NCBI GenBank assembly: GCA_913050565.1
Contig: CAJWZW010000001.1
Coordinates: 14,214-78,213 of the forward strand
Origin: an uncultured Synechococcus sp.
Lineage (GTDB): Bacteria > Cyanobacteriota > Cyanobacteriia > PCC-6307 > Cyanobiaceae
Reading direction: 5' to 3'
Length of the DNA: 64,000 nt
Shown piece by piece: positions 9,667-19,247 of the stretch. Numbering within the stretch: position 1 is the first letter of the stretch; every line of letters begins with the position of its first letter. The translations under genes and the position numbers were made by a program. The notes below the pieces were generated by a model. It saw nothing but the letters and a program-made list of their open reading frames with translations. It was not told the DNA's origin and did no database searches.

Positions 9667-10362
9667 TTGACGGCCACATCCACCTCACTCAACCTCGATC
9701 TCTGGCAGCCCCCTGAGCTGGCAAGACCACACGACAGCCTCAGCACCCCTGTGGATGCTCGTGGAGCCGATTGGCACGGCATCAACCTGAACAACCTTGA
9801 CCTTCGGGGAGCCAATCTCTGCCGAAGCGACCTGCGTGGAGCGGATCTCTCCTCGTGCTTCATGGAGGGCGCCGATTTACGCCTGGCTTTATTTGATGCA
9901 GCGACGAAGGTGCCGGAGGGGTTCGATCTGACGGCCAGCGGGGCTGTGGGTCCCAAGGCGAAGTTGAGCGGTGTGTTCCTGAACAACACCGATCTCCGCG
10001 GAATGGACCTGCGTGGAGCTGTGTTGATGGGTGCCTATCTCAGTGGTGCCGACCTCAGTGGTTCCCTGCTCGATGGCGTGCGATTGGTGGGCTCCGATCT
10101 GAGACATGCGGTTCTGCGCGGTGCCATGTGCCGGGGCACCCGGTTTGGCGGCTGCCAGCTTGATCAGGCCGACTTCCGCGGCGCCGACCTCAGCGAAGCC
10201 AGCCTCGACGGCGCTGAATCCATCAAAGGTGCTGACTTCTCGATGGCCGCGGGCCTCGGGAGCCAGCGCGACGCGCTGTTGGCCCGCCCTTTTGATGAAC
10301 TCGACTGCTGGAATCCCGTGACCAGGAGCACCACCCGCGACAGCCTCGAAAGCCAGTCCTGA
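9667..10362 (+). CDS. Pentapeptide repeat protein (unk5-like)
   Basis: Repeated A(D/N)LxG pentapeptides. Confidence 0.9.
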   Translation: MTATSTSLNLDLWQPPELARPHDSLSTPVDARGADWHGINLNNLDLRGANLCRSDLRGADLSSCFMEGADLRLALFDAATKVPEGFDLTASGAVGPKAKLSGVFLNNTDLRGMDLRGAVLMGAYLSGADLSGSLLDGVRLVGSDLRHAVLRGAMCRGTRFGGCQLDQADFRGADLSEASLDGAESIKGADFSMAAGLGSQRDALLARPFDELDCWNPVTRSTTRDSLESQS

Positions 10363-10513
10363 ACAAAGTTTGATCAGCTCGTCCCGTCCGCCTGACTGAT
10401 CAAAAGCGTCACGTCACGCAACACTTGGACATATTTGATTGAGGTTTATAAAGAAGCCGATTCATGGAAGAAGTTCTGAATGAGCATGGCCAGGCGAACA
10501 CGACAGCTTGTCC

Positions 10514-11398
10514 ATGCCTTTCGGTCCTGCCTCGCTTCTCGGGGTCGAACGTTTCTCCCAGGAGAGCGAAGCACCTCTAGAGCTGATTCCCGGCGATGAC
10601 GACGCCAGAAAGGAGCAGATCATCCGCGCGGTCTACAAGCAGGTTCTCGGGAACGCCTACGTCATGGAGAGCGAGCGCCAGCTCGTGGCTGAATCGCAGT
10701 TCAAGCTTGGAGAGATCAGCGTTCGGGAATTGGTGCGCCGCATCGCCAAGAGTGACCTCTACCGCGAGCGCTTCTTCGACGCCTGCTCCCGCTACCGCTA
10801 CATCGAACTGGCGTTTCGTCATTTCCTTGGCCGCGCGCCGGTTGATTTCAATGAAATGCGGGCCCACTCGGAAAGGCTGGACAGCCACGGTTACGACGCT
10901 GATATCGACAGCTTCCTCGACTGCAGCGACTACCAGGACAACTTCGGTGAATGGACCGTGCCCTTCCAGCGGGGCTGGAAAACCGAGTCCTGCAAGACCC
11001 TCCAGGAATTCACCTGGAGCTTCCAGCTGCTGCGGGGCAACAGCAGCAGCAGCCTGAAAGGCGATCTCTCCGGAATCGAGAGCAAGCTCGGAGGCAATGC
11101 CTACCAGAACCGCCCGATGCCTGTGGTGGCACCCTCCTCAACCGAGCCTGGCGGCTGGAGCTTCCGCCCGTCCAAGAACCTGCAGGACGCACCAACCCGA
11201 CATGGGGTGGGCGCCGGTGAACAAGGCAAAACCTATCGAGTCGAAGTCACCGCCTACAGCGCCAACAACGTCAGGAGGATCTCTCGCTACACCCGCTCAA
11301 ACAGGGTGTACTTCGTTCCCTTCGACAAGCTCTCTGAACAGTTCAAACGCATTCACGCTGAAGGAGGGAAGATCTCCAGCATCACGCCCGTGAACTGA
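10514..11398 (+). CDS. cpeC: Phycoerythrin-associated rod linker CpeC
   Basis: MPFGPASLLGVERF start, linker domain (IRAVYKQVLGNAYVMESER) and C-terminal CpcD-like domain. Confidence 0.95.
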   Translation: MPFGPASLLGVERFSQESEAPLELIPGDDDARKEQIIRAVYKQVLGNAYVMESERQLVAESQFKLGEISVRELVRRIAKSDLYRERFFDACSRYRYIELAFRHFLGRAPVDFNEMRAHSERLDSHGYDADIDSFLDCSDYQDNFGEWTVPFQRGWKTESCKTLQEFTWSFQLLRGNSSSSLKGDLSGIESKLGGNAYQNRPMPVVAPSSTEPGGWSFRPSKNLQDAPTRHGVGAGEQGKTYRVEVTAYSANNVRRISRYTRSNRVYFVPFDKLSEQFKRIHAEGGKISSITPVN

Positions 11399-11510
11399 GG
11401 CTTCCAGGCTCAATCCCCGAGGCGGGCTGAGTGACCCTTGCGCATGAGGTCACCCCCGCCATTGCAACTCCCCATTCGGGAACCCCTCTTTTCCCCTCAC
11501 CCTTCACACC

Positions 11511-13154
11511 ATGTCTGCCTCCCAAAGTTTTGGAGCCGCCTCTCTGAATGATGGCCCCGTCTCTTTCAGCAGAAACCGCAATGCTGCAAGCAAGCCGGCT
11601 CTGAGCAACGGCGAATTTCTGCGTCAGTCCTGCTCGACGATGAAGATCGCCATCGGTCCACGCAATCATGAGGATTGCCCCCATGGCGTCACGGCTCAAC
11701 GCTATGCACCCGACGACCCCGCAGCCCTGGCAACTGCCATCAGTGCTGCCTATCGACAGGTGTATGGAAACGCCCATGTCATGGACAACGAGCGTTCCGT
11801 TGAGCTGGAAGCGCAGTTCTGCAATGGAGAGCTGAACGTCCGCGATTTCGTGCGCGGCCTTGCCAAAACCAGCTTCTACCGAGCTCGCTTCTTTGAAGGT
11901 GTAGCCCCTCAGCGGGGAATTGAGCTGAACCTGAAGCACCTGCTTGGACGCCCTCCTGCCAACCAGGCGGAAATGTCCGCCCACATCACTCTTCTGGCCG
12001 GCGGTGGCCACGATGCGGTGATCGATTTCATCGTTGATGGAGCTGAATACTGCGAGGTGTTCGGCGACGATGTGGTCCCCTACACGCGCTCCTTCACCTC
12101 AGCGGCAGGGACACCGAACAGCAGCTTCGCCAACATGGCAGCCCTTGAGAGGGGATTTGCCATCAGCGACAGCGCTGTCGGCAGCAAGAGCCAGCTGAGC
12201 TATGCCCTGGCCCGAGGAACGACGTCCTACATCCAGTCTCCCTCCGGCTCCAAGCCCATCGCCAGCTCCAGCAGCAGCTATGGAGCGCGGTTGTCTCTGG
12301 CGCCCAAAAAACGCACCAGCAGTGACGGCGGCGATTCCACACCGATCCGCAACGACTCCTACGTGGGATTCGGCCTTGGCCAGCGCGTTCAGGAAATTTT
12401 TGAACGCGTCCCTGGAGACAGCGCCGACACCATCAATGGCCTCATCCGTGCGACCTACCGACAGGTCATGGGCAACCCCCACCTGATGGAATCTGAGCGG
12501 GCCATGTCCGCCGAGAGCAAGTTTGCGGAGGGTTACCTCAGCACGAGAGAACTGGTGCGCGCCATCGCGCTCTCTCCGGAATACAGCCGCCGCTTCTTTG
12601 AAACCAATGCGCCCTACCGCTTTGTCGAGCTGAACTTCAAGCATCTTCTGGGCCGTGCTCCGAAATCCCAGGCTGAACTCAGCGAGCACATTCAGATCCT
12701 GGCAAACGACGGCTACGAGGCCGAAATCAACAGCTACCTCGACAGCGCTGAATACCAGTCCACTTTTGGCGAGGACACTGTTCCCTACATGCGGATCCTG
12801 AGCGAGCAGGGACGCTCCCAACTGGCTTTCAACCGTCATCTATCCCTGGCCGAGGGCTACGCCGCCAGCGATGCCGTGCTGAACAGCTCTTCACTGGTGA
12901 CCTCAGTGGCCACCAACACCGTGCCCAGCGGATGGCGCACCACCACAACCCGCACGAACCGCAACGGCGCCGTGGCTGGCTCACCCTCAGCCACCACCAA
13001 GCGCTTCCGCATCGTGGTGCAGGCGCAGTCCCGCGGCGGCCGTCAACGGACACCCAATGCCAGTTACCTCGTGTCGGGCAAGGACATGAGCAGCCAGATG
13101 AAGTACATCCATGCCCGCGGCGGACGGATCGTCTCCATCACCGAGGTGATGTGA
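11511..13154 (+). CDS. mpeD: Double-domain PE-I/PE-II rod linker MpeD
   Basis: 547 aa, two linker domains, N-terminal gamma-type insert (RQSCSTMKIAIGPRNHEDCP), C-terminal CpcD-like domain. Confidence 0.93.
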   Translation: MSASQSFGAASLNDGPVSFSRNRNAASKPALSNGEFLRQSCSTMKIAIGPRNHEDCPHGVTAQRYAPDDPAALATAISAAYRQVYGNAHVMDNERSVELEAQFCNGELNVRDFVRGLAKTSFYRARFFEGVAPQRGIELNLKHLLGRPPANQAEMSAHITLLAGGGHDAVIDFIVDGAEYCEVFGDDVVPYTRSFTSAAGTPNSSFANMAALERGFAISDSAVGSKSQLSYALARGTTSYIQSPSGSKPIASSSSSYGARLSLAPKKRTSSDGGDSTPIRNDSYVGFGLGQRVQEIFERVPGDSADTINGLIRATYRQVMGNPHLMESERAMSAESKFAEGYLSTRELVRAIALSPEYSRRFFETNAPYRFVELNFKHLLGRAPKSQAELSEHIQILANDGYEAEINSYLDSAEYQSTFGEDTVPYMRILSEQGRSQLAFNRHLSLAEGYAASDAVLNSSSLVTSVATNTVPSGWRTTTTRTNRNGAVAGSPSATTKRFRIVVQAQSRGGRQRTPNASYLVSGKDMSSQMKYIHARGGRIVSITEVM

Positions 13155-13255
13155 TCGCCGGTCGTTTCGACACGAGCTTCATTCACTGACCAAACGGGTT
13201 GTCATCCACTCCCTTGCTGCGATGGCGACCCTCCCAAATGAATTCCCCTCAACCC

Positions 13256-13987
13256 ATGACCACCGCCACACTGACCAGCCCCGCCAACCAGGACCGCAGC
13301 CAGGCCCGAGACATCATCCTTGCCGCCTATCGCCAGGTTTTCGGCAATCGCTACATGATGGAGCTCGACGTTCAGCCTTCGATCGAAGCGTTGTTCAACA
13401 ACGGAGATCTCACAGTGCAGGGTCTGGTGACAGCCTTGGCGCAATCCGAGACGTATCGACGCCTCTACCTGGAATCAAACAGCCCCTACCGGTTCGTTGA
13501 GCTGAACTTCAAACACCTGCTGGGCCGCCCTCCCCGCAATCAGGCTGAAATCAGCGAACACGTTCGTCGTCTTGCTGATGAGGGCTTTGAGGCGGAAATC
13601 GCCAGTTACACCTACAGCGACGAATACCTGAACAACTTCGGCATCGACACGGTTCCTTATTCCCGCACCGCCACAAGCGTGGTGGGAGAAAGCACCGTGG
13701 CCTACCAGCGAACCCAGGCTCTCAATACTGGTTTCGCCGGCTTTGATGCAGACCAGGCCTCCGCACTGCAGACCAGCCTGGCCTCAAACTCCAATCCGAC
13801 AGTGGCTGGAGCGAGAAAGGTGGTTGGCGGCGGCAACATGTTCACAATCCTGTGGACATCACGGATCCAACTGGGCGCGGTGCGTCGTTCATCGCAGAGA
13901 TCTGTCGTCAGCTACGGATCCCTCTCAAGGACCATTCAGAGCATCCAATCCCAGGGAGGAAGCATCCTCTCTATTGCGAACGCTTAA
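13256..13987 (+). CDS. cpeE: Phycoerythrin-associated rod linker CpeE
   Basis: MTTATLTSPANQD start; linker domain RFVELNFKHLLGRPP; third gene of the cpeC-mpeD-cpeE operon. Confidence 0.92.
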   Translation: MTTATLTSPANQDRSQARDIILAAYRQVFGNRYMMELDVQPSIEALFNNGDLTVQGLVTALAQSETYRRLYLESNSPYRFVELNFKHLLGRPPRNQAEISEHVRRLADEGFEAEIASYTYSDEYLNNFGIDTVPYSRTATSVVGESTVAYQRTQALNTGFAGFDADQASALQTSLASNSNPTVAGARKVVGGGNMFTILWTSRIQLGAVRRSSQRSVVSYGSLSRTIQSIQSQGGSILSIANA

Positions 13988-13995
13988 ATCTTGTG

Positions 13996-14022
13996 CTGAT
14001 CCGGCCCCTCGGGCCGGATCAG
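13996..14022 (+). terminator. Strong stem-loop after cpeE (terminator or mRNA-stabilising hairpin)
   Basis: Perfect 12-bp stem CTGATCCGGCCC-CTC-GGGCCGGATCAG; no U-tract follows. Confidence 0.65.
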
Positions 14023-14098
14023 TGGGTCATCATTGATCCACACAACAGCTCCATCTCACTGGTTCATTCAGAACGACCCGGTTCTGAGACCAAAAAAT

Positions 14099-14254
14099 TT
14101 GAATCATGCCCATTCTTCGTCAACCCAACCATCACGAACAGGGATCGAATCAGGGCTTTCAGACTTCTGTTTCCTCGGTTCCCATTGCCATGTCGATGAT
14201 GATCGACTCAATGGTGAACATGGTGCAGAACAGCCGTCCCGAACTGAAATCTGA
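14099..14254 (+). CDS. Small hypothetical protein upstream of cpeS (unk6-like)
   Basis: ORF 14033-14254, only TTG starts (14033 or 14099); contains DFCFLGSHCHVDDDRL; start uncertain. Confidence 0.5.
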   Translation: MNHAHSSSTQPSRTGIESGLSDFCFLGSHCHVDDDRLNGEHGAEQPSRTEI

Positions 14255-14272
14255 TTCAAACAACAGCTCGAA

Positions 14273-14812
14273 ATGAATATTGAGCAATTTGTTGCTCAAA
14301 GCGAGGGAAAGTGGCGATCCATGCGATCAGGTCACTCCCTCGCTTTTCAACAGTTTGAAGATGTTCTGAGTGAAGTTCAGATCACTCCTGCTGAAAACAA
14401 TGATGCTGATATTGAGAACCTCATAACATCGTCCAGTCTGAATGTGGAAACGTCCGCGGTCCAGGCTCCATTCCGCATGACCTGGTCCGCGGAGAGCGAC
14501 TGGGAACCAGATGATCCCGATGCGGTTTCCTCTGGATCCTGTCTGATCGTTCCAGTGCCGGTTAACGACGAGCGCGGCCACCTTCTGCGCAGCGTTGGCT
14601 ACGCGGAAGCAGCTCCGGCGGAATCGGAATACCTCTTCCTCGGCGACGGCACCTTCGTTCTCACCACCCAGTACGAACAATCCATCGCCGAAGAGAGAAT
14701 CTGGTTCGTCTCCGAACATGTTCGCTGCCGTTCTTCGGTTCTCAGAACCTCAGCTGGATCCGGCGTTCTTCAGACATCCTTCGCCTCGGAAGTGCGCCGC
14801 CTCAGCAGTTGA
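14273..14812 (+). CDS. cpeS: S/U-type phycobilin lyase CpeS
   Basis: MNIEQFVAQSEGKWRSMRSGHSLAFQQFE, EERIWFVS. Confidence 0.95.
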   Translation: MNIEQFVAQSEGKWRSMRSGHSLAFQQFEDVLSEVQITPAENNDADIENLITSSSLNVETSAVQAPFRMTWSAESDWEPDDPDAVSSGSCLIVPVPVNDERGHLLRSVGYAEAAPAESEYLFLGDGTFVLTTQYEQSIAEERIWFVSEHVRCRSSVLRTSAGSGVLQTSFASEVRRLSS

Positions 14813-14817
14813 GTTTC

Positions 14818-15447
14818 ATGGATCAGTCCACATCCTCAACAGCCATGGACTCCCTGTTGAAATTCGCCAGAACGCTGGCTGGTCACTACAGCAACCGTGC
14901 ACAGGCGCAGGACAATCCAAAGGATTTCGCCCATATCAACATCTTCTTCCGGCCATTGCCGTGGGAGGTTCTCAAAGGTCCGGGTTTCTATTCCGAGCAG
15001 AGTTATGACCACGATCCTTGGCGTCCTTACCGCCAGGGAGTGCATCGTCTGTTGCCCATGCAAAACGATGTTTTCATCGTCGAGAACTACGGCTACACCG
15101 ACGCCATTCGCCTGGCCGGATCCGGTCTGCGTCCTGAACTGCTGAACAGTCTCAAACCGGAATCACTGAAACCACGTTGTGGATGCGGCATGCATTTCAG
15201 AGAAGTCGAGCCAGGCCGATACCTGGGGGAAGTGGAACCCGGCAAGAACTGCCTGGTTCCGCGTGATGGGCAATTGACCTACCTGGTGAGCGAAGTGGAT
15301 GTGAATGCCACCGACTGGATCAGCCGCGATCGTGGGTTCGATCCAGACAGTGACGAACAGCGTTGGGGCTCCGAACATGGTCCGTTGCGCTTCAAGCGCA
15401 TCAGCCACCTCGGGGACGATCTCAGCCTGAACTGGCTGCGCTGGTGA
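14818..15447 (+). CDS. cpeT: T-type phycobilin lyase CpeT
   Basis: LAGHYSNRAQAQDNPKDFAHI, YSEQSYDHDPWRPYRQ, SRDRGFD...WGSEHGP. Confidence 0.95.
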   Translation: MDQSTSSTAMDSLLKFARTLAGHYSNRAQAQDNPKDFAHINIFFRPLPWEVLKGPGFYSEQSYDHDPWRPYRQGVHRLLPMQNDVFIVENYGYTDAIRLAGSGLRPELLNSLKPESLKPRCGCGMHFREVEPGRYLGEVEPGKNCLVPRDGQLTYLVSEVDVNATDWISRDRGFDPDSDEQRWGSEHGPLRFKRISHLGDDLSLNWLRW

Positions 15448-15474
15448 AGCAGCTGCAACGCTGAATCCCAATCC

Positions 15475-15783
15475 ATGGCCACCTCCGAATCACAAAAGCA
15501 GCTCAAGGCCTGGATCCGATCTCAGCATCTGATCTGTGAGGGGACTGATTTCATCTTCGAAACCGTTGATCAGACCCATCTGGAGAAATTCGAGCGCTGC
15601 ATCGAACAGTTGGGCGGCCGCGTCCGCAAGGTTGCCGCTGCAGGCAACTGGCCGATGGGCCCGCGTCGCACCTTCAAAATCCTGCGTGCAACAGCCGCTG
15701 TACCCCGTCCGGGCGGTGAAGACCTGGTGACCTACTGGGCCAAGCGAGGCAACAAACGCACCAGATACGCCGAAATCAGCTGA
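15475..15783 (+). CDS. cpeR: Phycoerythrin operon regulator CpeR
   Basis: LKAWIRSQHLICEGTDFIFETVD, YWAKRG...TRYAE. Confidence 0.93.
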   Translation: MATSESQKQLKAWIRSQHLICEGTDFIFETVDQTHLEKFERCIEQLGGRVRKVAAAGNWPMGPRRTFKILRATAAVPRPGGEDLVTYWAKRGNKRTRYAEIS

Positions 15784-15789
15784 AACAGA

Positions 15790-16365
15790 TCAGTCGTCAA
15801 ACCAGCCGAACCAGGTGGGTTTGCTGAAATCCTTCACCGTGCTCCAGCTTCGCAGCAGTGTGAGTGAATCAATGGTGAATCCCTGCTCCGCCGCAAGGGC
15901 GATCACCTCATCCTGATTGCGAGCCGATTTGACTCGCTCCTTGAGATCGGGTTGATGACGGACCGATGCAATGAAATCAGCCAGAGCCGCGTCCATCTGC
16001 TCATCGGTGAGCTTGACAGGCTCGGAGGACTGATCCACCGCCTTGGAAACCGCAAAGTCGGCTGGCCCCAGCAGGCCATCCTGACCAGCACCATCCATCA
16101 ACAGCACGCGCCATCGCGAGACCTGCCTGAATGCCCAGCTCCAGTGAGAGGGATCAGCACGCAGCGCCAGGACGATGGCATCGTCACTGGCCTGAAGACT
16201 ATCCATGGCGACATAACGCCCCCACTCGGCCAGCGTGATGGCAAAACCGCGGATATTGGCGTAGGCGACCACGTCGTAATGGCTCCCGAGGGTCTTGATG
16301 CCCGTCGCCAGCCCGTGGTCATCCACAACGGATTGAACGAAGCGTTCCAGATCAGCAGAGGCCAT
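15790..16365 (-). CDS. Tandem Nif11-like leader-domain protein (unk8/7-like)
   Basis: Two Nif11-like units (DLERFVQSV...VVAYANIRGFAIT; LADFIASV...VIALAAEQGFTID), C-terminal DFSKPTWFGWF. Confidence 0.82.
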   Translation of the reverse strand: MASADLERFVQSVVDDHGLATGIKTLGSHYDVVAYANIRGFAITLAEWGRYVAMDSLQASDDAIVLALRADPSHWSWAFRQVSRWRVLLMDGAGQDGLLGPADFAVSKAVDQSSEPVKLTDEQMDAALADFIASVRHQPDLKERVKSARNQDEVIALAAEQGFTIDSLTLLRSWSTVKDFSKPTWFGWFDD

Positions 16366-16368
16366 CGA

Positions 16369-16713
16369 TCAGCACCCCTGAACCCAGAGGGCGAAGTTGA
16401 CCTTGTCGCAGATCATCTGAAGCACTAAAGGGCCACCGGGACATTGAAGCGTTCGCCAGGCGATGCCAGCCGTTGTTTCACCTGAGTCAACCAGAATCTT
16501 CGGTGTGCGGGTTGCCTGCTCCAGAGGAATCAGGGCAGCCTCAAGCGGGCTGTCGGCCTGGCGAAGCACCTGCTTCAGCTCGTCGAGTGTGCTGACGCGA
16601 TTCAGCTCGTCGCCGGTCTGGTGCAAGTCAACAAAGCGACGGATTTCAACGGCGGCCGCATCGATGACTTCCATCTGGCTTAACTTTCGGAAGGTGGATG
16701 AATCTAGAGCCAA
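16369..16713 (-). CDS. Conserved PE-II-associated Nif11-related protein (unk9-like)
   Basis: LIPLEQATRTPKILVDSG, WRTLQCPGGPLVLQMIC...NFALW; divergent from mpeY. Confidence 0.75.
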   Translation of the reverse strand: MALDSSTFRKLSQMEVIDAAAVEIRRFVDLHQTGDELNRVSTLDELKQVLRQADSPLEAALIPLEQATRTPKILVDSGETTAGIAWRTLQCPGGPLVLQMICDKVNFALWVQGC

Positions 16714-16751
16714 TCAATCATCACCACCACGTATTGCATTTCTGATCAGCA

Positions 16752-17969
16752 ATGGCTGAACGCTTCGACACTCTTTTCTCGGGGATGAGTGAAGAGGCTG
16801 CCATGAGGGCATTGCGCAGCGATCCTGCGGAATTGGACAATCCTGGGACCAAATACCTGGCGGCGACTCGGCTGGGTGCCTGCACATCAGCAGCCTCCCT
16901 GGACCGCTTGATCGAGGCGGGCAGCAACACCACCGACAACCTCTATGAACGGATTACCCGGCGCAAAGCTCTGGAGGCTTTGGGACGCCGCAAAGATCCC
17001 AAGGCACTGCCGGTGCTGATCCAGGCACTGCAGGCTGAGGATGAGCCCACCGTGGTGAACGCAGCCGATGCGATTGCTCGGATTGGCAGCCCTCTGGACC
17101 CTCAACGGGTCACAGCCCTGACCCAGGCTCTGAACGGTCCAGACAACCAACGCAGGGCCATCGTCCAGGCATTCACTCGCCTGGGAATCCATGACCAGGG
17201 AGGGGTGATTGATCAATGCCGGCAGGACGACAATCCGCTTGTGGCAGGAGCAGCCCATGCCCATGCCGTTCGCGTGGAGGGTGATCGCCAAGGGTTGACA
17301 CCACTGATGCGGCAACTGCGCGATGAAAACCCCGGCCGTCGCCGCGCGGCCGTCATCGATCTGGGCGATGCCGGCAGGGTGGAGGGGCTGTCAGGGCTCA
17401 TTCGATGTCCTGTGTCGATGCCCCTGCGAGCCAAGAGCGCTTTTCAGATGGCGACGAATGCCGATGGATCCATCAAGCCCGAAACCACAGCACTGATTGA
17501 ACAGCTTCTCCAGGACGACCCCAGGCGGCTGGATCTCGAGATCGTCCCGACGACGGAACCGAGCCCCCAGGCCATCCGTGATGGACTGCAGCACCGGGAC
17601 GAAGCACGCCAGTACGCGGCGGCCAAGGCTCTGATGGTTCTGCCCCGTGCTCAGCAGCTGGAGCAGATCGACAGTCTCAGAGACAGCCTCGGAAGTGATT
17701 ACGGCGTTCACTACCTGCTTGCCAGCTGCACAGGCCTGCTCGACCTTCATGAACGAAGTGACCTGGTTCGGGCGGCACTGGCTGAATCTGCGCCGCAGTA
17801 TGCGAAATCCCGAGTTGCCGCCGCCTGGAGCTGTGTGCGGCTCAAGCTGCACGATCAGATCGAACTTCTGAGCGAGCTTGGCCGCTCCAATCCCTGGCAA
17901 CCGCTGCAATGGAGCTGCCTGCGGGCCACCGAATTCCTTCAGCAACTCAGAACAACATCGGGTCTTTAG
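16752..17969 (+). CDS. mpeY: E/F-clan HEAT-repeat PE-II lyase MpeY (MpeQWYZ family, lyase-type residues)
   Basis: MAERFDTLF, KYLAATRLGAC, RRKALEALGR, PVSMPLRA, SDYGVHY; sits directly upstream of mpeBA. Confidence 0.88.
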   Translation: MAERFDTLFSGMSEEAAMRALRSDPAELDNPGTKYLAATRLGACTSAASLDRLIEAGSNTTDNLYERITRRKALEALGRRKDPKALPVLIQALQAEDEPTVVNAADAIARIGSPLDPQRVTALTQALNGPDNQRRAIVQAFTRLGIHDQGGVIDQCRQDDNPLVAGAAHAHAVRVEGDRQGLTPLMRQLRDENPGRRRAAVIDLGDAGRVEGLSGLIRCPVSMPLRAKSAFQMATNADGSIKPETTALIEQLLQDDPRRLDLEIVPTTEPSPQAIRDGLQHRDEARQYAAAKALMVLPRAQQLEQIDSLRDSLGSDYGVHYLLASCTGLLDLHERSDLVRAALAESAPQYAKSRVAAAWSCVRLKLHDQIELLSELGRSNPWQPLQWSCLRATEFLQQLRTTSGL

Positions 17970-18089
17970 ATTTGCTTTATCTCCACTCTGCAAACTTGTA
18001 TTGAGAAGCCTGAAGCCATTGCCCGCAGACCCTTCACATCGGCTTACGGTCCCGGGGTGATGCATCGCATCAAGCCCCCTCTTAAATAG

Positions 18090-18644
<555 letters not shown>

Positions 18645-18683
18645 AGCTCCTGAGATTTTCAAGCACACCCTTCTTCTAAATCA

Positions 18684-19181
18684 ATGAAGTCCGTTCTCAC
18701 CACCGTCATCGGCGCCGCTGACAGCGGTTCCCGTTTCCCCACCAGCTCCGATCTGGAGTCTGTGCAGGGTTCCCTGCAGCGTGCAGCTGCCCGTCTCGAG
18801 GCTGCTGAGAAGATCGCTCAGAACTACGACGCCATCGCTCAGCGCGCTGTCGATGCTGTCTACACCCAGTACCCCAACGGTGCCACCGGCCGTCAGCCCC
18901 GCCAGTGCGCCACCGAAGGCAAGGAGAAGTGCAAGCGCGACTTCGTCCACTACCTGCGTCTGATCAACTACTCCCTGGTTGTCGGCGGCACAGGCCCTCT
19001 GGATGAACTCGCCATCAACGGTCAGCGTGAGGTCTACAAGGCTCTCAGCATCGACCCCGGTACTTACGTGGCTGGTTTCACCCAGATGCGTAACGACGGT
19101 TGCGCACCCCGCGACCTGAGCCCCCAGGCTCTGACCGAGTACAACGCTGCTCTGGACTACGTGATCAACTCCCTCGCCTGA
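18684..19181 (+). CDS. mpeA: Phycoerythrin II alpha subunit
   Basis: 165 aa with PE-II-specific [18 protein letters not shown]; Cys75, Cys83, Cys140. Confidence 0.98.
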   Translation: MKSVLTTVIGAADSGSRFPTSSDLESVQGSLQRAAARLEAAEKIAQNYDAIAQRAVDAVYTQYPNGATGRQPRQCATEGKEKCKRDFVHYLRLINYSLVVGGTGPLDELAINGQREVYKALSIDPGTYVAGFTQMRNDGCAPRDLSPQALTEYNAALDYVINSLA

Positions 19182-19207
19182 TTATCAGCCGAAGGTTCAT
19201 ATGCTTC

Positions 19208-19234
19208 GGGGCGGTTCATCCGCCCCTTTTTTTT
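19208..19234 (+). terminator. Rho-independent terminator of mpeBA
   Basis: GGGGCGG-TTCAT-CCGCCCC followed by T8. Confidence 0.9.
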
Positions 19235-19247
19235 GGGTTGGCGAAAC

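Noticed and set aside
9760-10250. 15-bp periodic repeats
   Set aside because: Explained by pentapeptide-repeat coding; not a CRISPR or DNA repeat array
15790-16365. RiPP (prochlorosin-like) biosynthetic cluster
   Set aside because: Nif11-like domains only; no core peptide, LanM or transporter nearby
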